Source of the DNA: Gnetum montanum
Taxonomy: Eukaryota > Plantae > Gnetophyta
Reading direction: 5' to 3'
Assembly: GCA_015680685.1 (NCBI GenBank)
Contig: MNCI01001941.1
Location: 259,206-323,205, forward strand
DNA: 64,000 bases
The position numbers were made by a program, and so were the translations under genes. This document shows, one piece after another, positions 38,191-51,719 of the stretch. The notes below the pieces were generated by a model. It was given only the letters and a program-made list of their open reading frames with translations. It was not told where the DNA came from and did no database searches. Numbering within the stretch: the stretch's first letter is position 1; every line of letters starts with the position of its first letter.

Positions 38191-38659
38191 CTGTAGCAGC
38201 TACAAATCATCATCAAGTGAGCTTGATCCCCATGGTCCTCTATGATGTTAAACTAGCACCATAGCCTAATGAGTCCTCAAATCAACAATGCAACCTACTA
38301 GGGCCTTCAACTAGTAGCATGTGACCTTGGGTAGCTAGATTTTTTAAACCATCCTTCATGGCCTAATGTATCCTATTGTAACAACATGATTTATCTCTCT
38401 GGTTTTCTGGTCCTCTTGGATTTATGTTTGTAGGATGAATCTTAGAGCCATCACAATGGTACAACTCATCATACCAACAAGTCATCACATGACCTTCATG
38501 CACAAGAATCAATGAGTTTGTACTAAGAGTGCTTATTCCACATCATTTCCCTTTAAGCCCAACCCCATAGCCTAGGTACAACCTTTCATACCTTAAGCAA
38601 CAATGTTGACCTATGCTAATACTTATAAATCATGGCCATGCCACATCCCTTCATTATGC

Positions 38660-38880
38660 TACACCACAAGTCCACTTGAATGTAACACATCTCATTTGGT
38701 GGGAAAACATTAAGTCCATCAAGCATGACACACCTCATTTCATGGGGAAGCCTCAAGTCCACTTAAATATAACACATCTCATTTAATGGGACAACACTAA
38801 GTCCATTAAGCTTAACACTCATTCAATGGGAAAACTCCACGATTGTTTTGTGTAACACACCTCACTCAATAGGAAAACCA
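38660..38880. repeat. ~43-bp tandem array in the 3' UTR of E
   Basis: AAGTCCA...AACACA(T/C)CTCATT...GGGAAAA repeats. Confidence 0.8.
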
Positions 38881-39085
38881 CATCAAAATTAGTCTAAGAA
38901 AAGTGTTGATTTCTCAAATGCATTTGCTAGGTGAGCCACACCATTTGATCGATATTTATTATTCCTCATGACCATGTCTTCATGACCTCATTACCATGTC
39001 ATCATAGCCTCACTCCATCATCATGAGCACTCTTGAGGATAGTTCAATACTATTGAATCAAGTGAAAAGAAATTGGTGATGGACC

Positions 39086-41006
39086 TGTAGTGGTGTTTTG
39101 TATTCTCTGTTGATGTCTCTCATGTCAATCCTCTAAACATCAACAAAAAGGAACCAATGAAGCACCACCAAAATTCATGTTGGAAATCCTACTTTTCAGC
39201 TTGAGAAAAAGTTTCATTGTAAATGTAAGATATGGAGTACATAAGCTACAATCTTGCATATTTCAACATTTTGGGTTTGAAAAATGCTTCAAAAATTATT
39301 ATTGTCTCATTTCCCAACTAAACATAGGTACCCCATGTCCATATCTAGGCTTGGGAAGGCCAAAAATGCCTGTAAAACTACTAAAAAATGGCATTTTCAT
39401 GAGTTTTTGTAGTAGTATAGCCCCAAGTACACTAGAGCCAGCTTTAGTAGGCTCAGTAACTAAAGTAGTCATAGTAGCTACAGTAGCCACAGTAGCTATA
39501 GTAGCCATAGTAGTCAGTGTAGTCACCATCACTAGGACTAGGTAGAGATGAAACATTGACATTGTTGGGATGGCCAGTTTTCTGATAATAGCTAGCATAT
39601 GCATCCCTAGACAACAATGACTAGACATCAGTCTTCACTAGGCATGGGATTTCTAGCAGGTTTCACCATTTCCACAGTTTCCATCTATCTTTCTATTTCC
39701 CAATACTTCTCCATTCCTATTTCTGAAAGTCTTTAGTGTAGCCATAAAATCCTATTTACTATTTATAGTAAATGGATGGGTTTTGTGAGTATAGTCGATT
39801 CCAAACTTATGAAAAATAGCAAGTACGCTAGTAGTAGTTGGTTGACTATGCTAGTAGTAGTTGGACTAACTACGTTGGTCATAGTTGGATGACTATGTTG
39901 GTAGCACTTGGACTAACTACGCTGGTAGTAGTTGGATGACTATGCTTGTAGTAGTTGGTTGACTACATTGGCAATAGTTGGTTAACTATGTTGATAGTAG
40001 TAATTGTTATGAATCCACAATCAATGCCAGTTTGTCAACAATTAATGGTAGTCCTAAAAATAACAATCGTAACCTATAAAAAGCCAACATTAACATAATT
40101 TCTAGGTTCTAAATTTTTGACATGGGCATGACATAGAGGTTCTAGATTTTGAAATTTTGAGATCATACACAATAATCCAAAACACTTGGTATTCACAAGA
40201 CTTGGCATTTTCAACACCACTTTGATGGTAACACTATTTTCCATTTTCAAAACCATTTCCATTTTCCATCAAGCCCACTAGCAACCTGGTTACATTTCTA
40301 GTAGCAAAAACTAGTACTATGCTAGACGTGCACACCTCCATGTAACTACCATTGCTACTAAAATTGTAAGCCCTTCCTCATTTCCATCTCCATTGGCATC
40401 CACCAAAGCCCATTGCAATTGTTACATTTTTGCTTATTAGTGCTGTTTGGTGGTAGAAATTGGGATTACGCTAGGCATAGAGACTCCCATGTAGTTTCCA
40501 TTGCCCTAAACATGCAACACTAATTCCATTTGCATGTAGCACATTTGGTAGAAACTAACAGGAAGCTATAGCAAGCTAAAACTAAGAAGTGACTAGATCA
40601 TGGAGGTATCCTTCATCTCTCTCCAATGGACTCCAAGCTTCGACCAGTAGCTTCTTATGTCTTTTGGCACAAACTTGTACACTGTGAAATCACATTCTTT
40701 TATAAATTTTTTGTTTCATGTTGTGCAAGTGTAGTTTCCATTTCAATTTCTACATTCATATTTTATAACTATGATTCTATTTTCCCTTTCCATGTTCAGT
40801 ATTCTATCCATTTATGTTTTTGATTGCATTCAAAGCCATCTTTCAACACGAAACCTGTTTTGTATTCCATGAGTTCCTAGGTGATCTATTGAACCATCCA
40901 AGGCATCCTAGATCTCATTTTTTGCAGAGGCCCTTGGGATCCATGGGTTGAGGCTACTACACTGAATCTCTCAACTTTCTAGCAATTGATTTTTTCATTT
41001 GCAACA
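39086..41006 (+). repeat. 3' LTR of element E (~1.92 kb)
   Basis: TGTAGTGG...GCAACA termini; preceded by a purine-rich tract ending GTGATGGACC; collinear with LTR D, including the 9-bp and 21-bp internal arrays. Confidence 0.85.
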
Positions 41007-41179
41007 GTTGCAATATTCAAGACTATACTTGTAGGAGAGCTATTTAATTTCTTGATTTATGGTAAGAGATAGCTGAAAGAAATAGATGATTAATTCTATT
41101 AAAAAATAGTAAATTCCTTAAATTAATTTCTTATCTCTTAAATAGGTTTTCAAAGTTATATACAATTAGGTACATAAGC

Positions 41180-42104
41180 TCATTTACCAGGAAAGGCTAC
41201 TTGGGAGCATCTGTGTCTTGGTGGTACCAAAGAACAACAACCACCTAAAATAAGTTTAATCAAAAAGTTGTCCTATGGTAGAGTCATCCACAATTCTACC
41301 ACAATAGCTTTAGCTGATGCTAGAAGGAAGGATAACCTTGCTAGTATAACCTTTCCCTTTTTGCACTAGAAGTAGGCAACATCACTATGTTGGTATGAAA
41401 TTTGCTAATCAAGATGGCACTTTCTCTGGTATCGTAGGCAGAAATTCTATTCAATATTTTTATTGAGAATAGATGATATGTCCTAATTTTGAAGTAAATC
41501 TCTTTGGCTATAGATAATCCACTATATTTTTTTCATCTATTTCATAGGTCCTTTGTAACCATAATTTTCTTGACTTTGTGTTGGACCTAGTAGATATTTG
41601 AGCAATGTTGTATCTGATGTTAGTGCCCTAGCTATTGCTTCAGTTGAAGTATGACATTGTGATCCCCTCTACTTTTATCGTAGCATCATCAAGTTGGTTC
41701 TTCTAGAATTAGTAGACTTCTACCAAGTATCGTTCACTATTACTTGAGATAGTAGGCCATAGAAGAAAGGCTTGTAGCTACTCGTAAGTCTCATTAGGAG
41801 CATACTCCATGAATGGTCCAAAATTCAATTCCACTATATAGTGAACATAATGAACTTTTCTTGGATAGCTTGAAGACACTGTTTGGAGAGTGTAAGGCAT
41901 TGTTCTTGCCTAGGAACAAGGGGGGCATTAGCCTTTGCCTACACAGATTTCCCTATTGTAGGTGTGAGTTTATGGATGTTGTAGTTCTAGGTCTCATGCT
42001 TCGTAGGAGGAGTTTTTTCTCCTATTGGTCCTTTACCTCTTCCCTTGGGCTGATTCTCCCTTGGTTATGATGGTCCCTCCACTTCAAGTCTCTTGGGAGG
42101 CATC
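41180..42104 (-). pseudogene. Decayed extra ORF downstream of pol in element F (MPPKR... start)
   Basis: Minus strand ..TTGTAG|ATGCCTCCCAAGAGA gives MPPKRLEVEGPS*PRENQPKGRGKG; a second copy starts at ~51918 (MSSKRIPKVEEPS*PQEKRSKGIGRG). Confidence 0.45.
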
Positions 42105-45100
42105 TACAATCATGAATAATTTTAATTTTACCCAACAAACTGAGAAAAATTCTTTAATGATTCATAATCCTTAAATTCTTGGGTTTGATCAAAATCATTC
42201 CTTGGTATTAACTTCATTTCTAATTGGGATTACAGAGTTACAAAAAATTTGTAACTTGGATAAATCCTTCTACAAGAAAAAATCTTAATTGAAGAATCTT
42301 TTGATATTTACAAAGAAATTTATCCTCTATGACCTATCACAATCATTAATTTTGTGTTTAAAGTATGTTTGAATTATTATTTAGAAAGAATCATTAAGTT
42401 TATAAGCCTCTTTAAGGTTAAAATATGGTCTTTTCTTATTGTTCTTATCCTTACTTTACTCTTCTAAGCATTAGAAGAATTGGATGCAACTCACACAAAC
42501 TACATGTAGTACTTTTTTCCACTACTAAGTCAATTACTTTGTGAGCAAAAAGAAATGATAATGGCTCAAATTAGAGTTGCAACAAGGAAGATATGGCTCT
42601 TGGAAGTTTGAGGGTCAGAGAAACAACATGAACTTCCTACGTGTGAAATGACAAAATGAAAACTTTTCTAACACCTCATGCACATATATAGGTTTTATAA
42701 GTGATACATCGTAGATACAACATCATGAATGCAATATTGTAGGGGTTAATACATTGCATTTACAATATCACCCTTGAATTTTTCAAGATTTTGTGTAATT
42801 TTTAATGGAAAAATTAGATAAATTGGTTATTTTGGAAGGTATAGAAAAAGTAGGGTTCTTAATCATAGTTTATGGCTAGAATATAATATTTTTTTATTAA
42901 AATTATGTGAAAGGAGGAGTTTAGGCAAGGTAGGTTAATTAAGCTTTTGAGGAGATGTTTGGTGAAAATTGCTAAGTTTATGAATGAAGATGAGTATGTA
43001 AGAAAATAACAATGGTCATGTAAGTGTTCTAGACACACAAGATGATGTGGGATTGATCATCAAGTATGAAGCATAAGTGTTATAAAAGTGGATCCTCCCA
43101 CACATAGGCTCTAGCCTTTAGTGCCTTTGTAAAACCACACCTATAAGTGTTTGTAGGAACTCAAGTAGTTGAATGTAAAACATACCTATCTTCAAAAAAT
43201 ACACATGTTAGTATTTTCTTAGTAAGAAAATAATACTATAATATAAAAAATCATTAAATTATTATTATATATAGTAGTGAGATGGAATGGTAGTAGTAGG
43301 GATTGTAGAAAATGTGGCATAAGGTGCCTTACCATTGGGATAATGAGTTCTATGTGTAATGTGTGGTTAGAATGATCATTAACCCTTCCGTCCAAGATTC
43401 AAACCAAGTCCATACCACTTACCAGTGACATTGTATTGTATCATCTTAAAAATAACAACTATAAGACTATCACCATTGTAAGGAATATTAACACTTGATA
43501 ATGAAGTACAAGGAAGCAATTTATTAACAACATAGTTTATTTTTAAGGGAGCCTTGGCCATTGGATAGAGGAGTGCATTTAGGCATGGGTAACATATATT
43601 TATAGCCATGTAATCAATGTGAGTCCAAGAAAACTTGAGATTTCTAAGAAATCACCTACCTTCAAGCATGGGTAAAATGTCTTTCCAATGGAACCCATAG
43701 AAATTTTATTATGTGTATTTATTATATCATTACTGTGTTAACCTTACCAGAGTACTTATCTTAGAACATACTTTCATTTTTCCTTAGAAATCAACTAAAT
43801 AATACAACTTGATAGTAGGATAAGACTTATAGTAATAGTCTTAGAGAATCCACAAATCCCTTGATGTCACACTCTATTCATTCCCACTTGGTCCTTTACT
43901 CTTCCATACAAGCATAATGATCATTGGTTTATTTTAGTTTTATTATGAAATGAATGTCATTATGTTCATGGTAAGAACCTCTTATTATTGGAAATGAGTG
44001 GATGGATGATGTGGTCTCACTATACATATAATTAGTTTTTCAATGATTTGATAACAAAGGGTGAAATTCTCATTGTTTTGACTACTTCTTGTTTTATTCC
44101 TTTACACTTGAGTAAAAAAATCAATAAAAATATGTAAATGAAAAATAGTAAAAATTAATAAAGAACCAAAAATAGGTAAAAAAGGAAAAATGTATAAAGA
44201 ATTTCAAAGATATTAAAGAATGAAAAATGTTTAAGAAATGGAAAAAGTATAAAATACTGGGAAAGATATTAAAGAATGTAAATATTGGTAAGAAATGTGA
44301 AAAGTTTGAAAAATATATAAAAATAAGTTTTGGTGCCTAAGTGTCAAGCTTGATACCCCCATAGCTACCATCAAGAGTAGAGACTTAGATGATTAAATGG
44401 ACGATGAACAGTTTAGCATGCAAGGTAGATTCTTTAGAGGAGTAGGGAAAGTCATAGAATGGATTCACACGTTGAATATTGATAAGAAGAAGTTTCTTTT
44501 GGTTCATCAAGTGATATATTTTCATTACATTTGATTAGTATGTAGAGTTAATTACATAAGATCTTTCCCATAAGACTTGAAACTTAGTCTTTTGTGAAAT
44601 ATGATTAGGATTATAATAAAGGATTTTATCACTAGGCTTGATGGATACTTGTTTAATCTTGCATCATGTCTACATTTGAAATAATTTTTTATGAGTTTCA
44701 TTACTCATTTTAGCTATTAGTCAATTTTCATCAAAGAGATTAATATTCATTAATCGTTCTTTTTGAGCTAAGTTTAGGTCTAGGTCAAGGATACTCTACC
44801 TATAGCTATAAATCAATCCTATAGGTATAGGTAGAGTATTAGGTATAGGTTTAGGTAAATTAACTCATATGGTAAATATACTATAGGATTGATTTATATC
44901 CCCATAGAGAATTATTAAGTTTAGTGCTCTAGTTATTTCTATATCAACTAACAATTCTAGTTAATATTCTTATGATTTCTCCATTAGTGACTTTAGCTTG
45001 ATCATTCGCTTGGGGGTGATAAGGTGTAGTTTAATTTTTTGTTGACCCCAAGTTGTTGCATTAGATTCTTAAATGTAGATCTAGTGAAATGAGTCCTGTT

Positions 45101-45189
45101 TTCTGATATTAGCATGTGTGATACTCCAAATCAATTCCCCACATGTTGTTGAAAGAATTTTTTAGCTATTATAGCCATGCAATGCTTAA

Positions 45190-47950
45190 CTAAAGCTACT
45201 TATACCCACTTGGTGTAGTAATCAACAGTCACTATAATGTAAAAATTTTCATTCAACATCAATGTAATGGGTCCCATAAAATCAATTCCTCAAACATCAA
45301 AAGGTTTTAATGGTTGTATCTACTATTGTGATCCTTCGTTTTTGGAAGTCAGTCCCTTCAAATCTTTGACATCTTTCATAATGAATTGATGTGTGTCCCT
45401 AAATATTATAGGCTAGAAGTAGCATGCCATCATTAGTTTTAGTGTTGTACACCATCCCACATAGTAACCATCACATGGTCCTTTATGCACATCTTGCAGG
45501 ACTCTTGGTGATTTTCTTTCAAAATACATCATCTTATCAATTCATCAAAACATATCTTGTAAAGGTTTTCATTAATTTTCATATACCTTTTTACCCTATG
45601 GAGAAACTATTCTTTATTCTTCTTATCTCATTCAATAAGAAGTTCTTATGTGGTAATATATTTCATGTAATTAGTGATCCATGACTTCACTATTAAGTCT
45701 ACAACCATTGTTATCTTTGTGAATAAATCTTTGTTGGGAAATTAGTCTGACAATGGTTGTTCATTTTTTAAGATTTCTATCTTAATCTTAATAGATGATT
45801 AATCACAAAATTTTCAATTCATTTCTTATCAATCATCATGATGTTAAATTCTTGTAATATGATGAGCCATCTTATTACTCTTGGATCTACCATTGGTTTA
45901 TTTATTAGAAACTTGATGGCACTATGATTGGTATGGACATAGATGGAGTACCTAAGCACCTAATGCATTAATTTTTAAAGTAGGTATACCACAACCATAA
46001 GTTCCTTTTCTATAGTTGTATAATTAAGTTATGCCTTGGTGATGCCTCAATTCATGCAGTGTATGTAATAAGGTTATTTCTGATTGTTAAGTTTAGTCAA
46101 CACTACTTCTAATGTGTAGTTAGAAGCATTTTTCATAATGTGGAAAGGCTTGGACCAATTTAGAGCTCAGAGAATTAGTATCTTGATTAGTTTCTATTTT
46201 AAAGTCTTGAATGCTTTCTCATATTGTTTTAGCCATTGAAATGGTGCATCCTTCCTTGTTAGTTCAACTAGCAATTTTGCATATTTTGAGAAATTTTTAA
46301 TGAATCTCGTATAGTGTCTTGTATGGCTAGGAAATGATCTAACATCTTTAATTATTTGTGGATTTTAAATTATGTTTTGAATAAGTTTGATATTTTCTAA
46401 ATCTACCTTAATTCCTTTATGAAATACCTTATGTCCTAGAATTATATCATCTTGAATCATTAAGTGGCTCTTTTTCCAATTGAGCTTTAAATTAGTTTCA
46501 ACACATATTTTCAAGACTTACTCTAAAAGATTCATGGCTTGTTTGAAGTCAAGCCAATATGTGGAAAATTTATCTATAAGTACTTCAACTCCATTACCAA
46601 TCTTCTTTTGAAAGATGCTAAGTGCAAGTCATTGAAAAGTGGCAGTAGCATTACATAGGCCAAAGGACATTTTATTATATGCAAATGTTCCCCATGGACT
46701 AGTGAACGTTGCCTTCTCCTAATCTTCCAGTGTGATATAGATTTGATTATATCCATTATTTCCATCTAGGAAGCTATAGTACAATGTCCCACAATGGTGT
46801 CTAGGACTTCATCAATAAATGACAAAGGGAAATGATCTTTAAATATCACCATGTTTAATAATAAAAAATTAATAAAGACTCTCCACTTGCCATCTTTCTT
46901 TGTAACAATAACTAATGGGCTTACCTATTAACTATCTACAATTGAATAGATGAATCTTTCCTTTAATAGTTTTTCCAACTCTTGTATGATAGCTTTTTTA
47001 ACTTTGGGGTTCAATCTTCTTTGAGGTTAGTGGTGTGCTTTAATGGCTAGGTTTGTGTAGATTAGATGTTGATAGATGTGTAAATCAATGCTCATGATCT
47101 CATCATAGGACCATGTAAATGAAATTGGCCATTAGCTCACCACTTCTAATAATTTTCTCTTTTGTTTTTTATCAAGATTGACATTTATGATTACCAGTTT
47201 TTTATTGTTTCCAAAAGCATATTCTAGTGCATTAGGTAGGACCTTTAGTTCTAGTATTTCTCATTCATATATTTTGAGTATCTCTAACTTTCCCCATTCA
47301 ATATCTTCTTCTTCTTGTGTTTTCATGTAAGGAGGTTGTTTTCATAATTATTCTAACTTATATATTTCTATAACATAGGCACTCGTGACCTTGTTCATGG
47401 GTTCCATGCATATATTAGACTCTAATTATCTTTTAGTGACTTCTTGTCTAGTGGTTGTTACATATAGTACACACATGTCTTCAACACATCTATTACATGT
47501 TGTGATGACATCATGTTTTGCTGCCCAAGTCTGTTGCATACAATTGCACCTGTTATTGTTGTATGCAATACATGGAACTCTATATCTATGAATAATTCCA
47601 ACTTCAACATCCTTCAAAATTTCCAAGGACAACTCTCTGATTCCAAGCTTAGCATCTACAATGCTAAGTAGTGATATTTCCATAATTATATGGAATTCCC
47701 CTTTATTCTTTTTCACATGTATGACCTAAAAATCAGCAAAATAGGACTAGCCACTTATTTTATTGATTACATATTTCACTTGCCCAAGTGGAATAAAAAT
47801 TGACTGATCAACTAGTTCTAATGAGATTTTACTATTCTTTAGCGAAGAAAAATCTCACTCCTTATATATATTTTTCAAGATAAGATGCACTTCTAACCCA
47901 AAATCTAATATATCTTTGCATGGTTTGTATCCTATTGTTTAGAGGTAGAC
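45190..47950 (-). pseudogene. pol: pol of element F (PR-RT-RH-INT N-part), heavily decayed
   Basis: Motifs listed for element F, plus KPFHI..NYTTIEKELMVVV and PRVIRWLIILQEFN. Confidence 0.85.
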
Positions 47951-50900
47951 TAGGGGACTTCTTAGATTTGTTTTCTTCTTGGGAAGTGCTCCTATTTTGA
48001 TCTAGTATGTTACTATTTATGTGAGCAAGAAAATTGTTAAATTCATTTCTATAGATGTTGGAAGATAGTATTTCCTAGAGGATTATATGTGGACAGAATA
48101 GAGTTAGATGAAGTCTCCATCCTTCAAACCTTTTATGGGATTTCCCTAAATAAGGGGTATTTTCTAGATCTTAGTTTGCTCGCCACAACATCCTCTTGTG
48201 TGGTGATTGCCCTAGTAGCACTCTTTTACTATCACTGTAGTGGTAGTTCTCTTTGCATGGCTAGTAGTTGTACCAGTGGTAATGTATTGGGAGCTTGGAA
48301 TGATGACCCAACTTCTAGTTATGGTATGTAAGAATTTGGATCCATGCATGATGTAGTGGATCTATGGTATTTTTGTGGATAGTAGGGAGAGGAAGTATAG
48401 ATAGAGGTGTTCCCAGGAGAGATTAGGTGTTGGATGTAGTATCCATAGAGATTAAGCTACCTGTATGGATGTTGTTGCCTTGATGATGACATTTCCCATA
48501 CTTATGGGTGTTGCCACTGCTACTAGTATTACTTTTGCAGTTAAGGATAAGCCCCACTTAGTATGTTTTCTAGTAAGGCTATTCGAAGCTATGTTGTGGA
48601 TAAGATAATCATCTAGGCATTTGTTTCTTGACAAACTTTGGATTTAGTACATATGCGTTGAACTCTAATAAGTGGGCCATAATAGGGCAAAATCCCTTAG
48701 GATATTCATATTAGCATATCTTACACCCTTCTTCATCTTCTGAATTAGAGTCTGTTACTTCCTCCACTGCAACAACCTTTTCTTTGTGCTTGTAGCTTTA
48801 ATATCCATTATCTTTTTTTCTTCTTATTTTTATTTCTATTTAAGGCTTGTTTAGTCCTTTCCTCTACTATCTTCAGTGTTGTGGCAAACTTCTCATCTAC
48901 ATAATTTCATTTTTTATCTACCTTGTTTACAATATCATTGATTGATTTCTAGATCAATAGAGTCTTTTAGTAGATCATATCTTCTAAAGTTTCCTCTTCT
49001 TGTAACTCACATATTCTCATATTCCTTTTTCTTATTGTTGGATCTCTATTATATTCTTCTACTAATTCCCTTTAGCTCTTCTTCCTCTTTCCCAACGTGG
49101 TCTATGAGTCTTTGCATTTGATGAGCTATCATTTCAGATAATCTACCTTTGGAATATACCCCAAGGATTTCTTTTGTTTTTTGTTCCTTATCCCATTGAT
49201 GATATGTTATAGTTTTTCCCTTTGAAAAAATTAATGACTTGGGCATCTATGTAATAAAGAATAATACCTAATCATTGCTACATCAATGGATTCATGTGTC
49301 CCTTATTTCCATCCTTAAATTTATTTTTTCACATTTAACACTGTGGAGTAAATTTGATATTTTTCATTGAATATTTTTAACATAATATTCCATCTTCGAA
49401 TTGATTCTAGTTTTAAGGATATATACTAGATTTTCGTTTCCTTTATGAGTGTTCTACAAAACAACTTCCACTTCTACCAATCATTTTTTATATTTTGTAG
49501 GGCACAAGCATCATGGAAGCCTTGGGAATCTACATTGTATCCACCTTCAAATTTTGGAATATTATTCATGTATAGTCACTTGATGTAACTATCCCTTATG
49601 TGCCTAGTAGGAATGTACATAGCTTCCCTAATGTTGATCATATTTTGAGTGACCAACAAGGATTCTTCATAGTCTTCAAGTTCCTAAGATCTCTTGTAGT
49701 GATGATCCCTCTAATGCTTATGATGCTATCTTTCCTCATGTCTAATTATTTCTCCTCTTTCATCATGGTTATCTTTCTCTTCATCAGGATGCCTTCTTCT
49801 ATGCATATGTCTCTCATGGTCTTTCCTTCTCCATCATGATTCCTCAATCTTTGTTCTGTCTTGTTAGAGTTTGTAGATGAATGTGAGGAAGAAGATGAAG
49901 CAATTGGAGAATGGTGGTAGCTCGTTCTCCTTCTATGACTCCTTGATTTGGCTCTTTTGAATTCATTGGAGGTTTTAGACCTTGAATTCCTCCTAAGTCT
50001 AGAGTCCTCCTTATTTCTTCTAAATGGTTCTGCAAGAGTTGAATATGGTTTTATTTTAATTGGATCTTCAATATGGATGATTAATATTTGGGAATGAGAT
50101 CCATGATTTTGATAAAATTATTCAATTTGGAATATAACATCTTATCTTTCTTCTAGGATAACTATTTCAAATGTCTTCTTTCCTCTGTTATGTTCATACC
50201 TTACCTCCATGATGGTATCCCTTCTTGCCTAATCTTTCATTGGCTAGTATGGCCCAATCATGTTTTTGGTAACTTGATAGCCATCCTGCACATGATCAAT
50301 GTTTGACCTCAAAATTATTGGTTGAAGCATTGATGGTGCTAAACATTCATGTGGCAAGACAATGCTATCCTGTAGATCTCTCCATCTGAGTTGTTCATCC
50401 TGGTGAAAAAGAAATGTAAAATCATGATAATAAGAATTAGTATAAGCATAAGAGATCTTTGGTTACATTAGTGTACTTCAATTTTCTTTATTGGAATCAT
50501 TGTTATGAATTTCATGAAATCCTATAGCAAGTGGAAATTTTTCTTTAGTTATAGATGATATGTTAAGTGTTTGACACTTAAGTGTATACGTTTGAAAATT
50601 TATTCTAAGAGTGAGAAATATACTTTGTGGTGCTTGACACAACAAGCTTTGTAAAATCAACTAACTACCAAACATTGACACATCCCAAGTAACGATACCA
50701 ATGATAAGTGGGTAGGTATTGCAACACTCAACCATATAAGTTACAAGTATTCATACATGACCAAATCATAATCCATAGATGGACAATATAGGTATACTAA
50801 TAGTTGATATTAAGTTTGTGATCATTGTCTTCCCACCTATAGTTAGCGATGTGCAAATCATATGGTTTAATTGTTACTAAGGCATATAATGTATTGATGT

Positions 50901-51719
50901 TGTTTGTTTTTGAATGTGCTAAGTGCCAACATCATAAAGATGATTATAAGTTCTAAGTCTAAGTGTAATGAAGATATAAAGCTATTCTATCTTGTTGGTG
51001 ATAAGTATCTATTCCTAGTTTTCCATACATGTCTTGGACTAATGCAACTGTTACTAGGATTATCAAGTAACTTCATCATTGAGTGAATCAAGCAAAGTTT
51101 CTACTAGGTTACCAAAAATTTATACTTTATTCCACGTTACTAATACACATTTTAATGTAAAATAACTTAGAAAATGTAATTGACTAAAGGAGAGTAAACA
51201 TTATGAAAAAGTAGAAATTATGCTAAGTGAATTGTTGCAATAATGAAAAATAATCTTGATCTTTATTTTCATTCATGAATTAGGTACAAGAAAAATCCAC
51301 TTGAATAAATTTTCCATACAACTATTATTCATCATACTATGGGCATTCACTCTAACTCTAAGTCTAAGTCATGGAAACAAATTGCAATAATTTCATTAAG
51401 TGTTGATAAAAAGTTATTGTTTTGATGCAACAATGGATTGATATTTATAAGCATGACCATGGCCCACTACATTGCATCTACAATGATGTATGCAAAGCTC
51501 TGTTATCATAGCTATGATATCATAGATACAATATCATAGCCTACACATTATATGATTTTATCAATAGGCTAGAAGTATGATGTTTACATTGTTTGTGTAT
51601 ATTTGCATAATCAAAATCCATAAATGGATCAAAGTTTAATTCCATTATGAGAGTGGACATGATGTACTATTCTTGGATGGCCTATGAGAACTCATTCAAA
51701 AGTGTAAGATGTTGTCCTT

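Larger units (their letters stand above)
41007..51700 (-). mobile_element. Element F: old non-chromoviral gypsy element, Athila-like (no aRH seen), with a long 3' region
   Basis: Minus-strand gag-like region ~50050-48100, PR ~47900-47600, RT ~47150-46300 (KWRVFINF..KDHFPLSFIDEVLDTIVG), RNase H ~46300-45800 and integrase ~45700-45190 (FDV*GIDFMGP). Boundaries approximate. Confidence 0.75.
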
